Below are positions 11,246 through 20,423 of a stretch of DNA of 64,000 nt, piece by piece. The stretch comes from Candidatus Saccharimonadales bacterium (GTDB lineage Bacteria; Patescibacteriota; Saccharimonadia; Saccharimonadales; UBA4665): positions 510,551-574,550 of the forward strand of contig DATFHW010000025.1 in NCBI GenBank assembly GCA_035247965.1, given 5' to 3'. Both the position numbers and the translations under genes were made by a program. The stretch's first letter is position 1. Every line of letters begins with the position of its first letter. The notes beneath the pieces were generated by a model. The model did no database searches, was not told the DNA's origin, and was given only the letters and a program-made list of their open reading frames with translations.

Positions 11246-11436
11246 CTCCTGTAGACGCTGATGCGCCTCAGATTGACGATTACGTTGATAATTCTGTAAC
11301 CAAAGTTACGACATTATATTTCTAATGGGTCAATCCGAAAGTGTATCCGTTTTATGAACCTACACTTCGTAAAAAGTATAGCAAAAACGCTATGAATTTC
11401 AAGGTTTTTCTGGCTTGCCACCCCTGTTAATGAATA

Positions 11437-12486
11437 TTAATTTCCGCACAACTTATGGCAATATTGGTCGATCAACTGCTGGTGCTCTTCGTATGTTTTA
11501 GAGAAGTGCACCGTACCATCGTCGCCAGCCACAAAATACAGCCAATCAGTACTTGCTGGGTGAGCCACCGCCTGCAGCGAAGTTGCGCTCACGTTACTAA
11601 TTGGTGTTGGTGGCAATCCCTTGTAAATCAAGGTGTTGTACGGGCTGTCATATGATGTCGATTTAGCCTGTCCGGCTAAAATAGCACCATAAAATGCGGT
11701 TACATCCGAACCAAGTGTCATATTTTGATGCAAACGAGTCAAAAACACCTGTGCAACCTGCTGGCGATCAGCCGTTTTGGAGGCTTCCTGCTCCACCATC
11801 GAAGCTAGAACAATACCCTGATACGTGCTGAGCCCCTGATTAGCAAACGCCGCCCGCACATCGGGGGTCAGTTGCTTTTCCATAAGTGCCAATGATTGCG
11901 TGACGATGTCAGTCGGTGTAGTGTTGGCGTCTTTTTCAAAGGTGTCAGGATAAATATACCCCTCTAGGCTGGCGCCCGCTGGCTTATCTACCAGCGCCGA
12001 GTTGCCGGCGTATTGCGTCGGATCCAGCGCCTTATTTACGTCTGACTCGGAATAACCAGCATTCAAAAAGGTTTGCTTAATCTGGTCAATACGCTGGCCA
12101 GGCAAAATGGTGATTTTGTCGGTGGCAATTTTACCGTGTGTGAGCTGCGCCACAATCTGTTCTACTGTTTGGCTCGGCGACAGCGAATACGTGCCCGCCT
12201 GCAAGTCGGACCTGACCTGCTTGCTACTGACATACAGCTTAAACGCCCAGGCACTGCGGATTAGACCAGCATTTTCAAGCTGATTCGCAATAGTATCCAC
12301 CGACGAACCCTGCTCTACAGTAATAAATTTGGCAATTTGATTACTGCTTACTGGCTGTAATTTGCTGTAGTAGACCTGTCGAACGGCAATAGTTGCACCC
12401 ACGGCCAGCGCCAACCCAATGGCCAAAATCATTACTAGTCGTCGCGGCCAGCGTTTGCGAGGCTCTGGTTTTGCAGAATATCGCAT
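11437..12486 (-). CDS. mltG: endolytic murein transglycosylase MltG (YceG-like)
   Basis: 349 aa with an N-terminal TM and YceG-like motifs (YLYFVA, LASMVEQE). Confidence 0.8.
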   Translation of the reverse strand: MRYSAKPEPRKRWPRRLVMILAIGLALAVGATIAVRQVYYSKLQPVSSNQIAKFITVEQGSSVDTIANQLENAGLIRSAWAFKLYVSSKQVRSDLQAGTYSLSPSQTVEQIVAQLTHGKIATDKITILPGQRIDQIKQTFLNAGYSESDVNKALDPTQYAGNSALVDKPAGASLEGYIYPDTFEKDANTTPTDIVTQSLALMEKQLTPDVRAAFANQGLSTYQGIVLASMVEQEASKTADRQQVAQVFLTRLHQNMTLGSDVTAFYGAILAGQAKSTSYDSPYNTLIYKGLPPTPISNVSATSLQAVAHPASTDWLYFVAGDDGTVHFSKTYEEHQQLIDQYCHKLCGN

Positions 12487-12905
12487 CAGAAGGCGCCTTT
12501 CTGACCTAGATAATCATTCAAAATGTAGGTGGCAGCCAAAGCATCAACCTCGCCTTTGGCGTACGGCTTTTTGCGGGCCTCTAATTCTTTTTTAGCCGTG
12601 ACTGAAGTGAGCGCTTCGTCCTGAAAGTGTATGGGTATTGTTATGTGCGTTTGTAAGTCAGCAACAAACTGGCGCACATACCGAGTTTGATCTGTTTCCT
12701 GGCTTTCAAGGCCACGAGGCAGGCCCACAACTAGCTCGTCGGCCTGTTCCTGCTTAACCAGCTGCGCAATGTCGCTCAAAACCTGGTCAGTATGCTGCAA
12801 GGTGGTCAGGGGCGAAGCAATACGTGCAATGCTGTTGGCCCGCGCCACGCCAATGCGCTGCGCGCCGACATCAAGAGCAAGAAAGGTTGCGACGCTAGTT
12901 TGCAT
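12486..12905 (-). CDS. ruvX: YqgF/RuvX putative pre-16S rRNA nuclease
   Basis: 139 aa. LALDVGAQRIGVA N-terminus and typical YqgF length. Its stop is coupled to the mltG start. Confidence 0.85.
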   Translation of the reverse strand: MQTSVATFLALDVGAQRIGVARANSIARIASPLTTLQHTDQVLSDIAQLVKQEQADELVVGLPRGLESQETDQTRYVRQFVADLQTHITIPIHFQDEALTSVTAKKELEARKKPYAKGEVDALAATYILNDYLGQKGAF

Positions 12906-14673
12906 TGGTGGTTGTGGTTGGCTTCTCGATAGTTATCGTTATCTTACTCTGGTTGCCCGGAATCGAAGTCACCCAGAATGGCGAGTAGGTCACGTTAACA
13001 TCGGTAACACCAGGGTTTGCCTTAAGGATTTTTTGCGCGTCGCCGGTCTTTTTGCCAGCAACTTGCTTGCGCAAATCTGCAATTTTGAGGTCCGGACCGG
13101 CAACAGCGGTGATCGCCATGGTGACCGAGCCGCTGCTTGGATCTTGTGATGTGAAAGTAGCGTCGTCTAGGCCGTAATCGGTGATGGTCTGCTTGCTGGT
13201 GTCGATTTTGCCGTCAACTGCGCTGGCCACCAACTTCTTGAGGTCAGCCTGCGCCGCGCCCATCATGGTGTAGGTAATTTTTTCGGTCACCGTAACGTTG
13301 TCAGCGGCAGCGCCGGCGCTCACGCTAGTACTAATAGATGGCGTACCAGCCACGAATGTGGCGTCAATCGCCTTTAGGCCCTGGTTTTCTAACTGACTCT
13401 TGAGCTGCGTCTTAATGGCTGATGTATCTTGCGCGCTAATTTTGGATTTAGCTGACTCAATATCAGAGCTTTGCACAATTTTGGTGATGTCGTCCGTACC
13501 ACCAGACATGTCGGTTCCGGCGCCGGTAACTGACGAAAAGCCAGCGACGCTATATGTGGCAGATGAAACGTTGTATTTAGCGCCAGCATTTTGAGCATTC
13601 ACGTTTACGGTGTCGCTTGGTTGGTCATTTCGACATGAGCCGTCCGGTTTGTAGTGGCTAGGCTGCACAGTTACATTTTGCACAGTAATAAAGGTAAGGC
13701 CATTGGCGGTTATGCCGGTTCCAGCTGGAATAGTCCGACTGGTGCCACTTAATGTATCGCCTTGATTACAGAGGTAAAATCGCACGGTGCCCGAAGCTTT
13801 TTGACCGTTGTTTTGCTGGCCGGTTGCGTCAGCTGCGGCGGTTAGCGTTTTGTCACTTGACTGAGTTTTGGCCGGAATAATGCCCGAATCGGTATTAACC
13901 GAACTTACCGATGAACTCAGCGTAACATTTACGTTGGCGCTGATTGCTTGGCTGTCGGTCTTAATAGTGACGTAAGAATGCGGCAAAACTTTGAAGCACA
14001 CGATCCACAGAACAATTAATGCAACGAGCGCACCGCCACCTATAAAAGTCCAGGCTCGGAAGTTATTAAAATTGGGTACCGATAACTTCTTGTTTCGAGG
14101 ACCTTTTGGAGCCTTGTCTTTGCTCTTATCTTTGCTGGCAGCATCGGCCATATGGCCAACAACCGCGCCAGAACCAGCACCGGCAGCCATATTTCGCATG
14201 ATAGGATTTTTGTCAGCTGCACCGCCAGACATGTCGATTGCGTCGTCAACAACGGTTGGCGAGCCCGTGTCTTTAGCCAAATCACCCACCGCAGACTTTT
14301 TATTCAGCTTTGGTTCGGCTGCGTCCAGTGATAACGATTCTTCAAAGTCATCGGGTAAATCTGCAACGCCTTGTGGCACATCAGGCACTTCAGGTTTGGA
14401 TTGCAGGTTTTTGGCCACGTACAAACCGGTGTTGGCGGCCAGCGGCAACAAACCCGTCTCGGACGTAATCAGTACCAGGTGCTTGTTGTCATTGTCGGCT
14501 GCGCGCTTTAAAAGCTTCATGTTTACAATGCTTTGCAAAGTAGTAGCACGTTTGGGCAAAACTAACGCCAAAATTTTGCTACGCGAGCTAGTAACTTTGT
14601 CGATAATAGTGGTTATTTCGTCTTCAACGTCAATATAAATAACGTCTTTAGCTGGAATGCTGTTGTTGCTCAT
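12895..14673 (-). CDS. hypothetical single-pass membrane protein with an S/T-rich extracytoplasmic domain
   Basis: 592 aa with a TM near residue 210 (AWTFIGGGALVALIVLWIVCF). Its start overlaps the ftsA stop, so it is probably co-transcribed with ftsA. Confidence 0.6.
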   Translation of the reverse strand: MSNNSIPAKDVIYIDVEDEITTIIDKVTSSRSKILALVLPKRATTLQSIVNMKLLKRAADNDNKHLVLITSETGLLPLAANTGLYVAKNLQSKPEVPDVPQGVADLPDDFEESLSLDAAEPKLNKKSAVGDLAKDTGSPTVVDDAIDMSGGAADKNPIMRNMAAGAGSGAVVGHMADAASKDKSKDKAPKGPRNKKLSVPNFNNFRAWTFIGGGALVALIVLWIVCFKVLPHSYVTIKTDSQAISANVNVTLSSSVSSVNTDSGIIPAKTQSSDKTLTAAADATGQQNNGQKASGTVRFYLCNQGDTLSGTSRTIPAGTGITANGLTFITVQNVTVQPSHYKPDGSCRNDQPSDTVNVNAQNAGAKYNVSSATYSVAGFSSVTGAGTDMSGGTDDITKIVQSSDIESAKSKISAQDTSAIKTQLKSQLENQGLKAIDATFVAGTPSISTSVSAGAAADNVTVTEKITYTMMGAAQADLKKLVASAVDGKIDTSKQTITDYGLDDATFTSQDPSSGSVTMAITAVAGPDLKIADLRKQVAGKKTGDAQKILKANPGVTDVNVTYSPFWVTSIPGNQSKITITIEKPTTTTNAN

Positions 14674-16007
14674 GTTCGTAACATCCTATCAAGTTTTTCG
14701 CGCATTGACCCGCTGGTTTGGCTACTTCCCGAGAATTGCAGCGTGTCCAAACCGACGCGCAGCAGACCCATGGCAGTAATAAAAGTATGGTCGTTTACCT
14801 GGCCGGTCTTGTCAACAATGCCCACGACTTGTTCTGGGTGAATGTGGTGCACGATTGGCTTGCGCGTAAATGGCAAGCGAGTGTACCAATCTGTTTGTTC
14901 CAGTTTGTCCATGAGCATATCTAGGCTAGAACCACCGCCACAGAGCAACACGTGATGTGGTAAATGGTCTAATTTGGTGAACTCTGCCAGGGCGACTTCT
15001 ACGCCGCTCATCCAAACGTCGAGCGTCTTGTTCAGCGCGCCTTCTGCCGCAGCGGCTTTGGGCTGCGACAAGTGACTGCTGTGCAGGTCTAACTTAATGT
15101 CTTCGGCTTGTTCAAATTCGATATTTAGTTCGCGCTCGATGGCTCGCGTATAAGCACGGCCGCCGATACCAAACATTTTGGTGCCTTGCACGCCACCGTC
15201 GTTAATGACAGCTATGTCGGTTGTGCCACCGCCAATATCCATCAGAATTGCACTCATGCTAGCACTAGTATCGTCACCAATAACAGATCTTGAGACAGCA
15301 AATGGTTCGGCGGCAACTGCGAGCAAATCCAGATCGAGCTGCTGAGCAGTGCGTTCCAAAGCACCGATGTGAATCAGCGGCGCAAAAGCAGTGTACAGCT
15401 GCACAACCACGTCGCGCCCCTGGAATCCAACCGGGCTAGTCACTTTGTAGCCATCAATTTCAATACCCACCAAAGCGCTGTTTACCAGACGAATTTCGAC
15501 TTCTTTGCCGCCCAGTTCCCAGGCCAGTTGCTGTTTGGCTTTGGCTTGCGCGCGCTCTTGCACCAGTTTTATAATGCGTTCAACTTCGGGCAGGTCCAGC
15601 GCCTTTTCGGCGTCTTTTCGTGTGACGCGCACCGTGGTAGTCATGCCTTTTACTAATTCGCCGGCAATGCCCAAAACAGCGGTACGAGCACTCACGCCAG
15701 CCTGTTGTTCGGCGGCAGCCAGTGCTTTGTCACAGTTTTCTACCACGCGACCGATGTCGGCAATTGCGCCGGCTTGCATATCGCTGAGTGCCTGGTGTTG
15801 GCGGCCCACACCAATAATTTCGATGCCGCCAGCACGAACACGGCCGATTAACGCTTTAACAAATTCGGTACCGATGTCCAAGCCCACCACGTATTGGTCG
15901 TCGGCTGGCGCCGTTCGGGTAGCCTTGGCGTTGACTTCGGCTGCCTTGTCGGCAACTTTACTGGCCATCGATTGGCCCAGGTTTTTCACTTTTTTCAGAT
16001 CAAGCAT
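14670..16007 (-). CDS. ftsA: cell division protein FtsA (actin-like ATPase)
   Basis: GLDIGTEFVKALIG phosphate-1 motif and DIGGGTTDIAV phosphate-2 motif. Length fits FtsA. Confidence 0.8.
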   Translation of the reverse strand: MLDLKKVKNLGQSMASKVADKAAEVNAKATRTAPADDQYVVGLDIGTEFVKALIGRVRAGGIEIIGVGRQHQALSDMQAGAIADIGRVVENCDKALAAAEQQAGVSARTAVLGIAGELVKGMTTTVRVTRKDAEKALDLPEVERIIKLVQERAQAKAKQQLAWELGGKEVEIRLVNSALVGIEIDGYKVTSPVGFQGRDVVVQLYTAFAPLIHIGALERTAQQLDLDLLAVAAEPFAVSRSVIGDDTSASMSAILMDIGGGTTDIAVINDGGVQGTKMFGIGGRAYTRAIERELNIEFEQAEDIKLDLHSSHLSQPKAAAAEGALNKTLDVWMSGVEVALAEFTKLDHLPHHVLLCGGGSSLDMLMDKLEQTDWYTRLPFTRKPIVHHIHPEQVVGIVDKTGQVNDHTFITAMGLLRVGLDTLQFSGSSQTSGSMREKLDRMLRT

Positions 16008-16103
16008 AATCGTAATTTATTATAGCACGCTCTAGTGCGCATGCCAGCCTTGAATAACAGATTACTTGCAAAACCTGATGATTTCCTGTGAGTTGGCTGG
16101 AAA

Positions 16104-16132
16104 TTGCTTAATAACTAAAATTATGGTATAAT
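16104..16132 (+). promoter_or_regulatory. sigma70-type promoter TTGCTT-N17-TATAAT (extended -10 TGG) for GC-rich block A
   Basis: TTGCTT at 16104-16109, a 17-nt spacer, then TATAAT at 16127-16132. It lies in the AT-rich ftsA upstream region. Confidence 0.5.
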
Positions 16133-16190
16133 GTGCTGGTCCGAGTTTTACCCGCGCACATTCACATTCCCGAGAGGAAAAACATTCATC

Positions 16191-16784
16191 ATGCAGCCCG
16201 AGATCGAGGGATCCGAGCGTTCCGCTTCGGCCAAAAACCCCAAGCTCCCGCGTTACGACCTCATTCGGTCGTGGCCGCAGTCGATCATCAGTGCCGGCGC
16301 CGTAGTGCTGCTCGCGCTGTACATGGCCGTCGTCGGACTCACGTCCTTCGAAGCCCTGAAGCGCGTACTCACCTGCGCCACCCCCATCGACGCGTCCACG
16401 GACGTCTACGGCGACTCGTACTACAACTACGGGTACCGCTACGACGACATCGGCAACAGCAAGGTCTGCGTTCCCGCAAACCTGCACGCCAGCTGGGTCC
16501 CGGCCTCGCTCGCCGCGCTGTCGATGACCGCCCTGGCAGTTCTGGCGCTGATCCTGGTCGGCTACCTGCTGCACATGACGTACCAGTACGTCTACAACCT
16601 GCAGAACGCCCCGGTGACGCCCTCCGACGACGACCGTCGCTTGTGGGGCAGCGCCACCCGCAGCCTGTTCGTGATCCCCGACTTCGTCAAGGTCGCCACC
16701 AAGGGCCTGACCGGCGCCGGCGGCATCTTCATGCTCGCGGCCGTCACGTTCTACTGCGTCATCTACCTCGTCGCCCTCGGCTAA
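16191..16784 (+). CDS. block A membrane protein (197 aa, about 3 TM)
   Basis: Internal ATG of track ORF 16131..16784, preceded by GAGAGGAAAA. G/C-rich third codon positions. Hydrophobic helices. Confidence 0.7.
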   Translation: MQPEIEGSERSASAKNPKLPRYDLIRSWPQSIISAGAVVLLALYMAVVGLTSFEALKRVLTCATPIDASTDVYGDSYYNYGYRYDDIGNSKVCVPANLHASWVPASLAALSMTALAVLALILVGYLLHMTYQYVYNLQNAPVTPSDDDRRLWGSATRSLFVIPDFVKVATKGLTGAGGIFMLAAVTFYCVIYLVALG

Positions 16785-16793
16785 GGAGCCACG

Positions 16794-17015
16794 ATGCTCA
16801 AGAAAGCATTGGCCCAGGTCTGTGCGACGCTGCTCATGGTCGCGATCAAGCTCGCACCGCTGCAGTTCGTGCACGCAATCAAGCAGCTCGAACCGCCACC
16901 CCAGGGCACCATGGACCCGAAGCTGGAAGCCAAGCTGCGTCGCCATATCCGCGACGACAATCCGCTGCGGGAGGCCGTCGACCGACGCGTTTTCCCGTTC
17001 GGTCCCCGTTGGTAG
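16794..17015 (+). CDS. block A small protein (73 aa) with a hydrophobic N-terminus
   Basis: AAGGAG lies 6 nt upstream of the ATG. Confidence 0.65.
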   Translation: MLKKALAQVCATLLMVAIKLAPLQFVHAIKQLEPPPQGTMDPKLEAKLRRHIRDDNPLREAVDRRVFPFGPRW

Positions 17016-17038
17016 TCACACCGAAAGGAAGTACCACC

Positions 17039-17332
17039 ATGAACACCCCCGACCCCACCGGCAAGTTCGGCAAGGCCACGCGAATCGTCCGAGACCACCC
17101 GGTGTTCACCGGACTCGCGCTGTTCACTGGCGTTGTTGTCGTCACCCGAACCGTGGTTCGCCGCTCCAACAAGTTCGACATCGTCGAGCTGCCGGCCACC
17201 GACGTTCCCGAGCAGAGCGCCCCCAAGACCGTCAAGGTCGACCTGGGAGACCTCGGCACCATCGAGGAGCCCGCAGATGGCCGGCGCGGCACGGACGGCG
17301 ACGACCCGATCTCCAAGGAGATCCGTCCCTGA
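17039..17332 (+). CDS. block A single-TM protein (97 aa) with an acidic tail
   Basis: ATG preceded by CCGAAAGGAAG. The sequence lies in the frame of track ORF 16133..17332. MNTPDPTGKFGKATRIVRDHPVFTGLALFTGVVVV... Confidence 0.65.
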   Translation: MNTPDPTGKFGKATRIVRDHPVFTGLALFTGVVVVTRTVVRRSNKFDIVELPATDVPEQSAPKTVKVDLGDLGTIEEPADGRRGTDGDDPISKEIRP

Positions 17333-17805
17333 TGAGACCCAGTCCTCAACCGCTCAGCCCGTTCTTCCGGCAGTACCAGCAAGAGCTGGACGCCTGGATG
17401 CGCGAGCAGGGCACCCTACGACGCAACGCGCGTCTGCGCATGGGCATCATCTGCCTGGGCGCGGTCGCATATGCGCTGCTGACGCACTGGTGTCACACGG
17501 CGGTCCGTTCCACGTTCTGCGCCCAGTCCACAATCACCTGCGCGGAGTTCAACAACCCCCGCAACCACTGGCACTGGAGCTACTGGGGAGTCGCCGCAAT
17601 GTTGGCACTCGCCATCATCGGTGCCGGCGCCCTCGCCAGCATGACCGCCATCTGGTTCTCGTCGCTCAGCCGTCGGCTGCACATCCGTGGCCCGGCCACC
17701 AAGACCGAGAACCGTCTGACGTTCATCCGTTGGTACTGCGTGATCACCACGGTGACCCTGGGCTACGGCCTGTTCTGGTACATGATTGTCCACCTCGGGA
17801 GGTAA
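17332..17805 (+). CDS. block A membrane protein (157 aa, about 4 TM)
   Basis: Its ATG overlaps the upstream TGA (TGATG coupling). MRPSPQPLSPFF... lies in the frame of track ORF 16822..17805. Confidence 0.65.
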   Translation: MRPSPQPLSPFFRQYQQELDAWMREQGTLRRNARLRMGIICLGAVAYALLTHWCHTAVRSTFCAQSTITCAEFNNPRNHWHWSYWGVAAMLALAIIGAGALASMTAIWFSSLSRRLHIRGPATKTENRLTFIRWYCVITTVTLGYGLFWYMIVHLGR

Positions 17806-17823
17806 CCCTGTAAAACTCGGATC

Positions 17824-17897
17824 AACCGGGATGACCTGCCACAAGAAGCGTGCCTGACGGCGCGACCAACTTCTTCGCAGTGTTCATCCCGGTTTTT
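17824..17897 (+). terminator. long-loop hairpin AACCGGGATGA/TCATCCCGGTT followed by a T5 run
   Basis: 11-bp complementary arms at 17824-17834 and 17884-17894, followed by TTTTT. Confidence 0.45.
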
Positions 17898-17916
17898 CCA
17901 TATAAAAAATGCTAAC

Positions 17917-17945
17917 TTGAATATATGCGCTATTTATGGCATAGT
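17917..17945 (+). promoter_or_regulatory. promoter TTGAAT-N17-CATAGT
   Basis: AT-rich patch inside the GC-rich block, just upstream of 18002..18310. Confidence 0.35.
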
Positions 17946-18001
17946 ACACATGTTCAAGTTTGCACCTGTTTTGACCCGCGACTCACGAAAGCGAGACATC
18001 C

Positions 18002-18310
18002 ATGGCACAGAAACAGTCTGGCCCGGTCCGCACATTCATCACCGGGGGCCTTCTGGGGCTCGGCCTGTACGGCATCGGCGCGTACGCCATGAGCAGGGCT
18101 ATGCCGCACGGCAACGCTCAGAAGCAGATCTTTCACGGGGGTCCCCTTGCCGCCTCCCCCACCTCCGTGGTCATGATGTTTCTCAGCCTGGTGGTACTGG
18201 CGGCGTTGTACGCCTTCGACTCCGAGGGCCGAAGCGCCAAGGCTACGCTCCTGAAAGTCGCTGCCAGCTGGGTGATCGTATGGGCCACCATCGGCGCCCT
18301 TATCTTCTAG
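18002..18310 (+). CDS. block A membrane protein (102 aa, 3 TM)
   Basis: Track ORF. GC3-rich. Hydrophobic helices. Confidence 0.7.
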   Translation: MAQKQSGPVRTFITGGLLGLGLYGIGAYAMSRAMPHGNAQKQIFHGGPLAASPTSVVMMFLSLVVLAALYAFDSEGRSAKATLLKVAASWVIVWATIGALIF

Positions 18311-18423
18311 CGGCGACGCAAGCAACTTGGACAAGCCGGGAGCGACCTGCAGCAAAAGAGCGCCTTACTGGTGCAGTTTTTCTTTTGTTTCAGTGTTCGC
18401 TTCCGGTTTCTCCTCAGCATTGT

Positions 18424-18451
18424 AAAAACCACCCTGTTACGGGTGGTTTTT
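18424..18451. terminator. bidirectional rho-independent terminator (block A and alaS)
   Basis: AAAAACCACCC-tgttac-GGGTGGTTTTT between two convergent genes. Confidence 0.75.
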
Positions 18452-18456
18452 GTGTC

Positions 18457-20343
18457 TTATTGTAAGACGGCTTTTACGCGGCGGATACCAGCGCTACTGG
18501 CTTCTTCTTTCAGGATCTTGAAGTGCTTGCCGTCTTCGGCCAGCTGGCCAGTGTGATCCACGTGCGGCCCGCCACAGATTTCAAAGCTAAAGCGGTCGTC
18601 GCCCTCGCCCATCTGGTAGATTTTGACGGTATCGCCGTAGCGATCACCAAAGGCGCCCAATGCCCCCATGGCCATCGCTTCTTTGGTTGGATATTCCTTC
18701 CAGAACACTGGCAAATCTTTGGCAATCTGTTCGTTTACAATGTCTTCCACCTGCTTAATTTGCTCGGGAGTCATCTTGGCGTCATGGCTAAAGTCAAAAC
18801 GCAGACGTTCTTCAGTAATGTTAGAGCCGCGTTGGATCACGTGATTGCCCAACACTTGGCGCAGTGCCTGGTACATCAGGTGCGTGGCGGTGTGATACTT
18901 TTTGTGCTGCAACGTTTGGCCACCCAATCCACCCTTGAACACGCCCTTTGCAGCGCCTTGCGAACGCTGGCGTTGCTCATTCATATATCGGTCAAAATTA
19001 GCGCGCCAGTTTTCCTCAACCGGTTTGCTCCAATGGAAGGCTTCTTCTACGGTGAGCTCAGCTGGAAAACCATAGGTGTCGTGTAGTTTGAAGATCATTT
19101 CGCCAGTAATTTCAGCTTCGTTTTCGGCAAGCTTATTAAATTCGCGCACACCCTGACGAATGGTTTGGCGAAAAGCTTTTTCTTCTTTCACAAGCACTGC
19201 GATTACGGTGTCGCGCTTGGCAGCTACCTCTGGAAAATCGGCGTGATACAGATCAGCAATAGCCGGAATAACTTCTTCCAGAAAGTTCTGTTCAATTCCC
19301 AGGTTGAATGATTTCATAATGGCGCGACGAACCAAGCGGCGCATCACGTAACCCTGCTCTTTGTTACTGGGCACGATGCCGTCCACGGCCAAAAAGGCGG
19401 CGGCGCGCAGGTGGTCGGCAATAATGCGCATGGCGTTGGTGTTGCTGCTGTATGGTTTGCCCGAAAGCTTTTCGAGCTTTTGAATGATAGGCCACATGAG
19501 GCTAATCTTGAACACGTCAGGGTCGTTCAAAACTGCTGCCGCGATGCGCTCCAGGCCCGATCCGTGGTCAATGTTTGGTTTTTCCAATGGCACAAACGTA
19601 CCCTCAGCCTCTTTGCGGTAAGCCATAAACACGTTGTTGCCGATTTCCATAAAGCGGCCGCAATCGCAGTTAGGGTGGCATTCGGGACCAAAATCGGTGT
19701 TATGCGGGGTGCCAAAATCGTAGAACATTTCGCTGTCCGGGCCACACGGGTCGCCAATTGGTGTGTTTTCGGGGTTGCCGTTACGGCTCCACCAGTTTTT
19801 GCTGCCATCGTAATAAAAGATGCGCTCGCCTTCTTTAATACCGCGCTGGTAGCCGTCTTCTTCGGAACCAATGTCGGCCACACCGTTGCTCAAGCCTTTT
19901 TGAGCAAACAGTTTTTGCCACAATTCGGCAGCTTCGGTGTCTTTGGGGATGTTATATTCGGGTGCACCAATAAAACAGGTAATGTACAGTTTGCTTGGGT
20001 CCAGGCCAACCACGTCGGTCAAGAATTCAAACATCCACGGCACTTGTTCGGCCTTAAAATAGTCGCCCAAAGACCAGTTGCCGAGCATTTCAAAGAAGGT
20101 GGTGTGGCGGTTGTCGCCCACTTCCAGAATGTCTTGGGCACGCAAGCACGTTTGGCTGTCAACAATCCGCGTGCCTTCGGGGTGTTCCTCGCCTAACAGA
20201 TATGGAATCATGGGCTGCATGCCAGAACCGGTGAACAAAGTGGTGGGATCGTTTTGCGGAACCAACAGCGCTCGAGGAATCGCCGCGTGCTTACGGTGCG
20301 TAAAGAAATCTAAATAAGCGGTGCGGATTTGTTGTGCATTCAT
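18457..20343 (-). CDS. alaS: alanine--tRNA ligase, short form lacking the C-terminal C-Ala/DHHA1 region
   Basis: N-terminal AlaRS catalytic motifs (FTGSGMQP, FEMLGNWSLGDYFK). Editing-domain motifs are present, including CGGPHV. Only 628 aa. Confidence 0.9.
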   Translation of the reverse strand: MNAQQIRTAYLDFFTHRKHAAIPRALLVPQNDPTTLFTGSGMQPMIPYLLGEEHPEGTRIVDSQTCLRAQDILEVGDNRHTTFFEMLGNWSLGDYFKAEQVPWMFEFLTDVVGLDPSKLYITCFIGAPEYNIPKDTEAAELWQKLFAQKGLSNGVADIGSEEDGYQRGIKEGERIFYYDGSKNWWSRNGNPENTPIGDPCGPDSEMFYDFGTPHNTDFGPECHPNCDCGRFMEIGNNVFMAYRKEAEGTFVPLEKPNIDHGSGLERIAAAVLNDPDVFKISLMWPIIQKLEKLSGKPYSSNTNAMRIIADHLRAAAFLAVDGIVPSNKEQGYVMRRLVRRAIMKSFNLGIEQNFLEEVIPAIADLYHADFPEVAAKRDTVIAVLVKEEKAFRQTIRQGVREFNKLAENEAEITGEMIFKLHDTYGFPAELTVEEAFHWSKPVEENWRANFDRYMNEQRQRSQGAAKGVFKGGLGGQTLQHKKYHTATHLMYQALRQVLGNHVIQRGSNITEERLRFDFSHDAKMTPEQIKQVEDIVNEQIAKDLPVFWKEYPTKEAMAMGALGAFGDRYGDTVKIYQMGEGDDRFSFEICGGPHVDHTGQLAEDGKHFKILKEEASSAGIRRVKAVLQ

Positions 20344-20394
20344 GTCTTATATTGTAACAGAGGTACGCGGATTGTAAAACCGGGTGTTGTTTTA

Positions 20395-20423
20395 TTGACA
20401 AAGTACGGTTTTTGTACTATGGT
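20395..20423 (+). promoter_or_regulatory. promoter TTGACA-N17-TATGGT for GC-rich block B
   Basis: TTGACA at 20395-20400 and TATGGT at 20418-20423. It is divergent from the putative alaS promoter. Confidence 0.5.

Noticed and set aside
16062-17844. Long ORFs in alternative frames or on the opposite strand of block A (16062..16946 minus, 16133..17332 plus, 16822..17805 plus, 17133..17813 plus, 17416..17844 minus)
   Set aside because: These are typical shadow ORFs of G+C-rich DNA. Their translations are Arg/Pro/Gly/Ala-rich and low in complexity, and they lack SDs. The chosen ORFs have SDs, GC3 bias in frame and clean TM helices.
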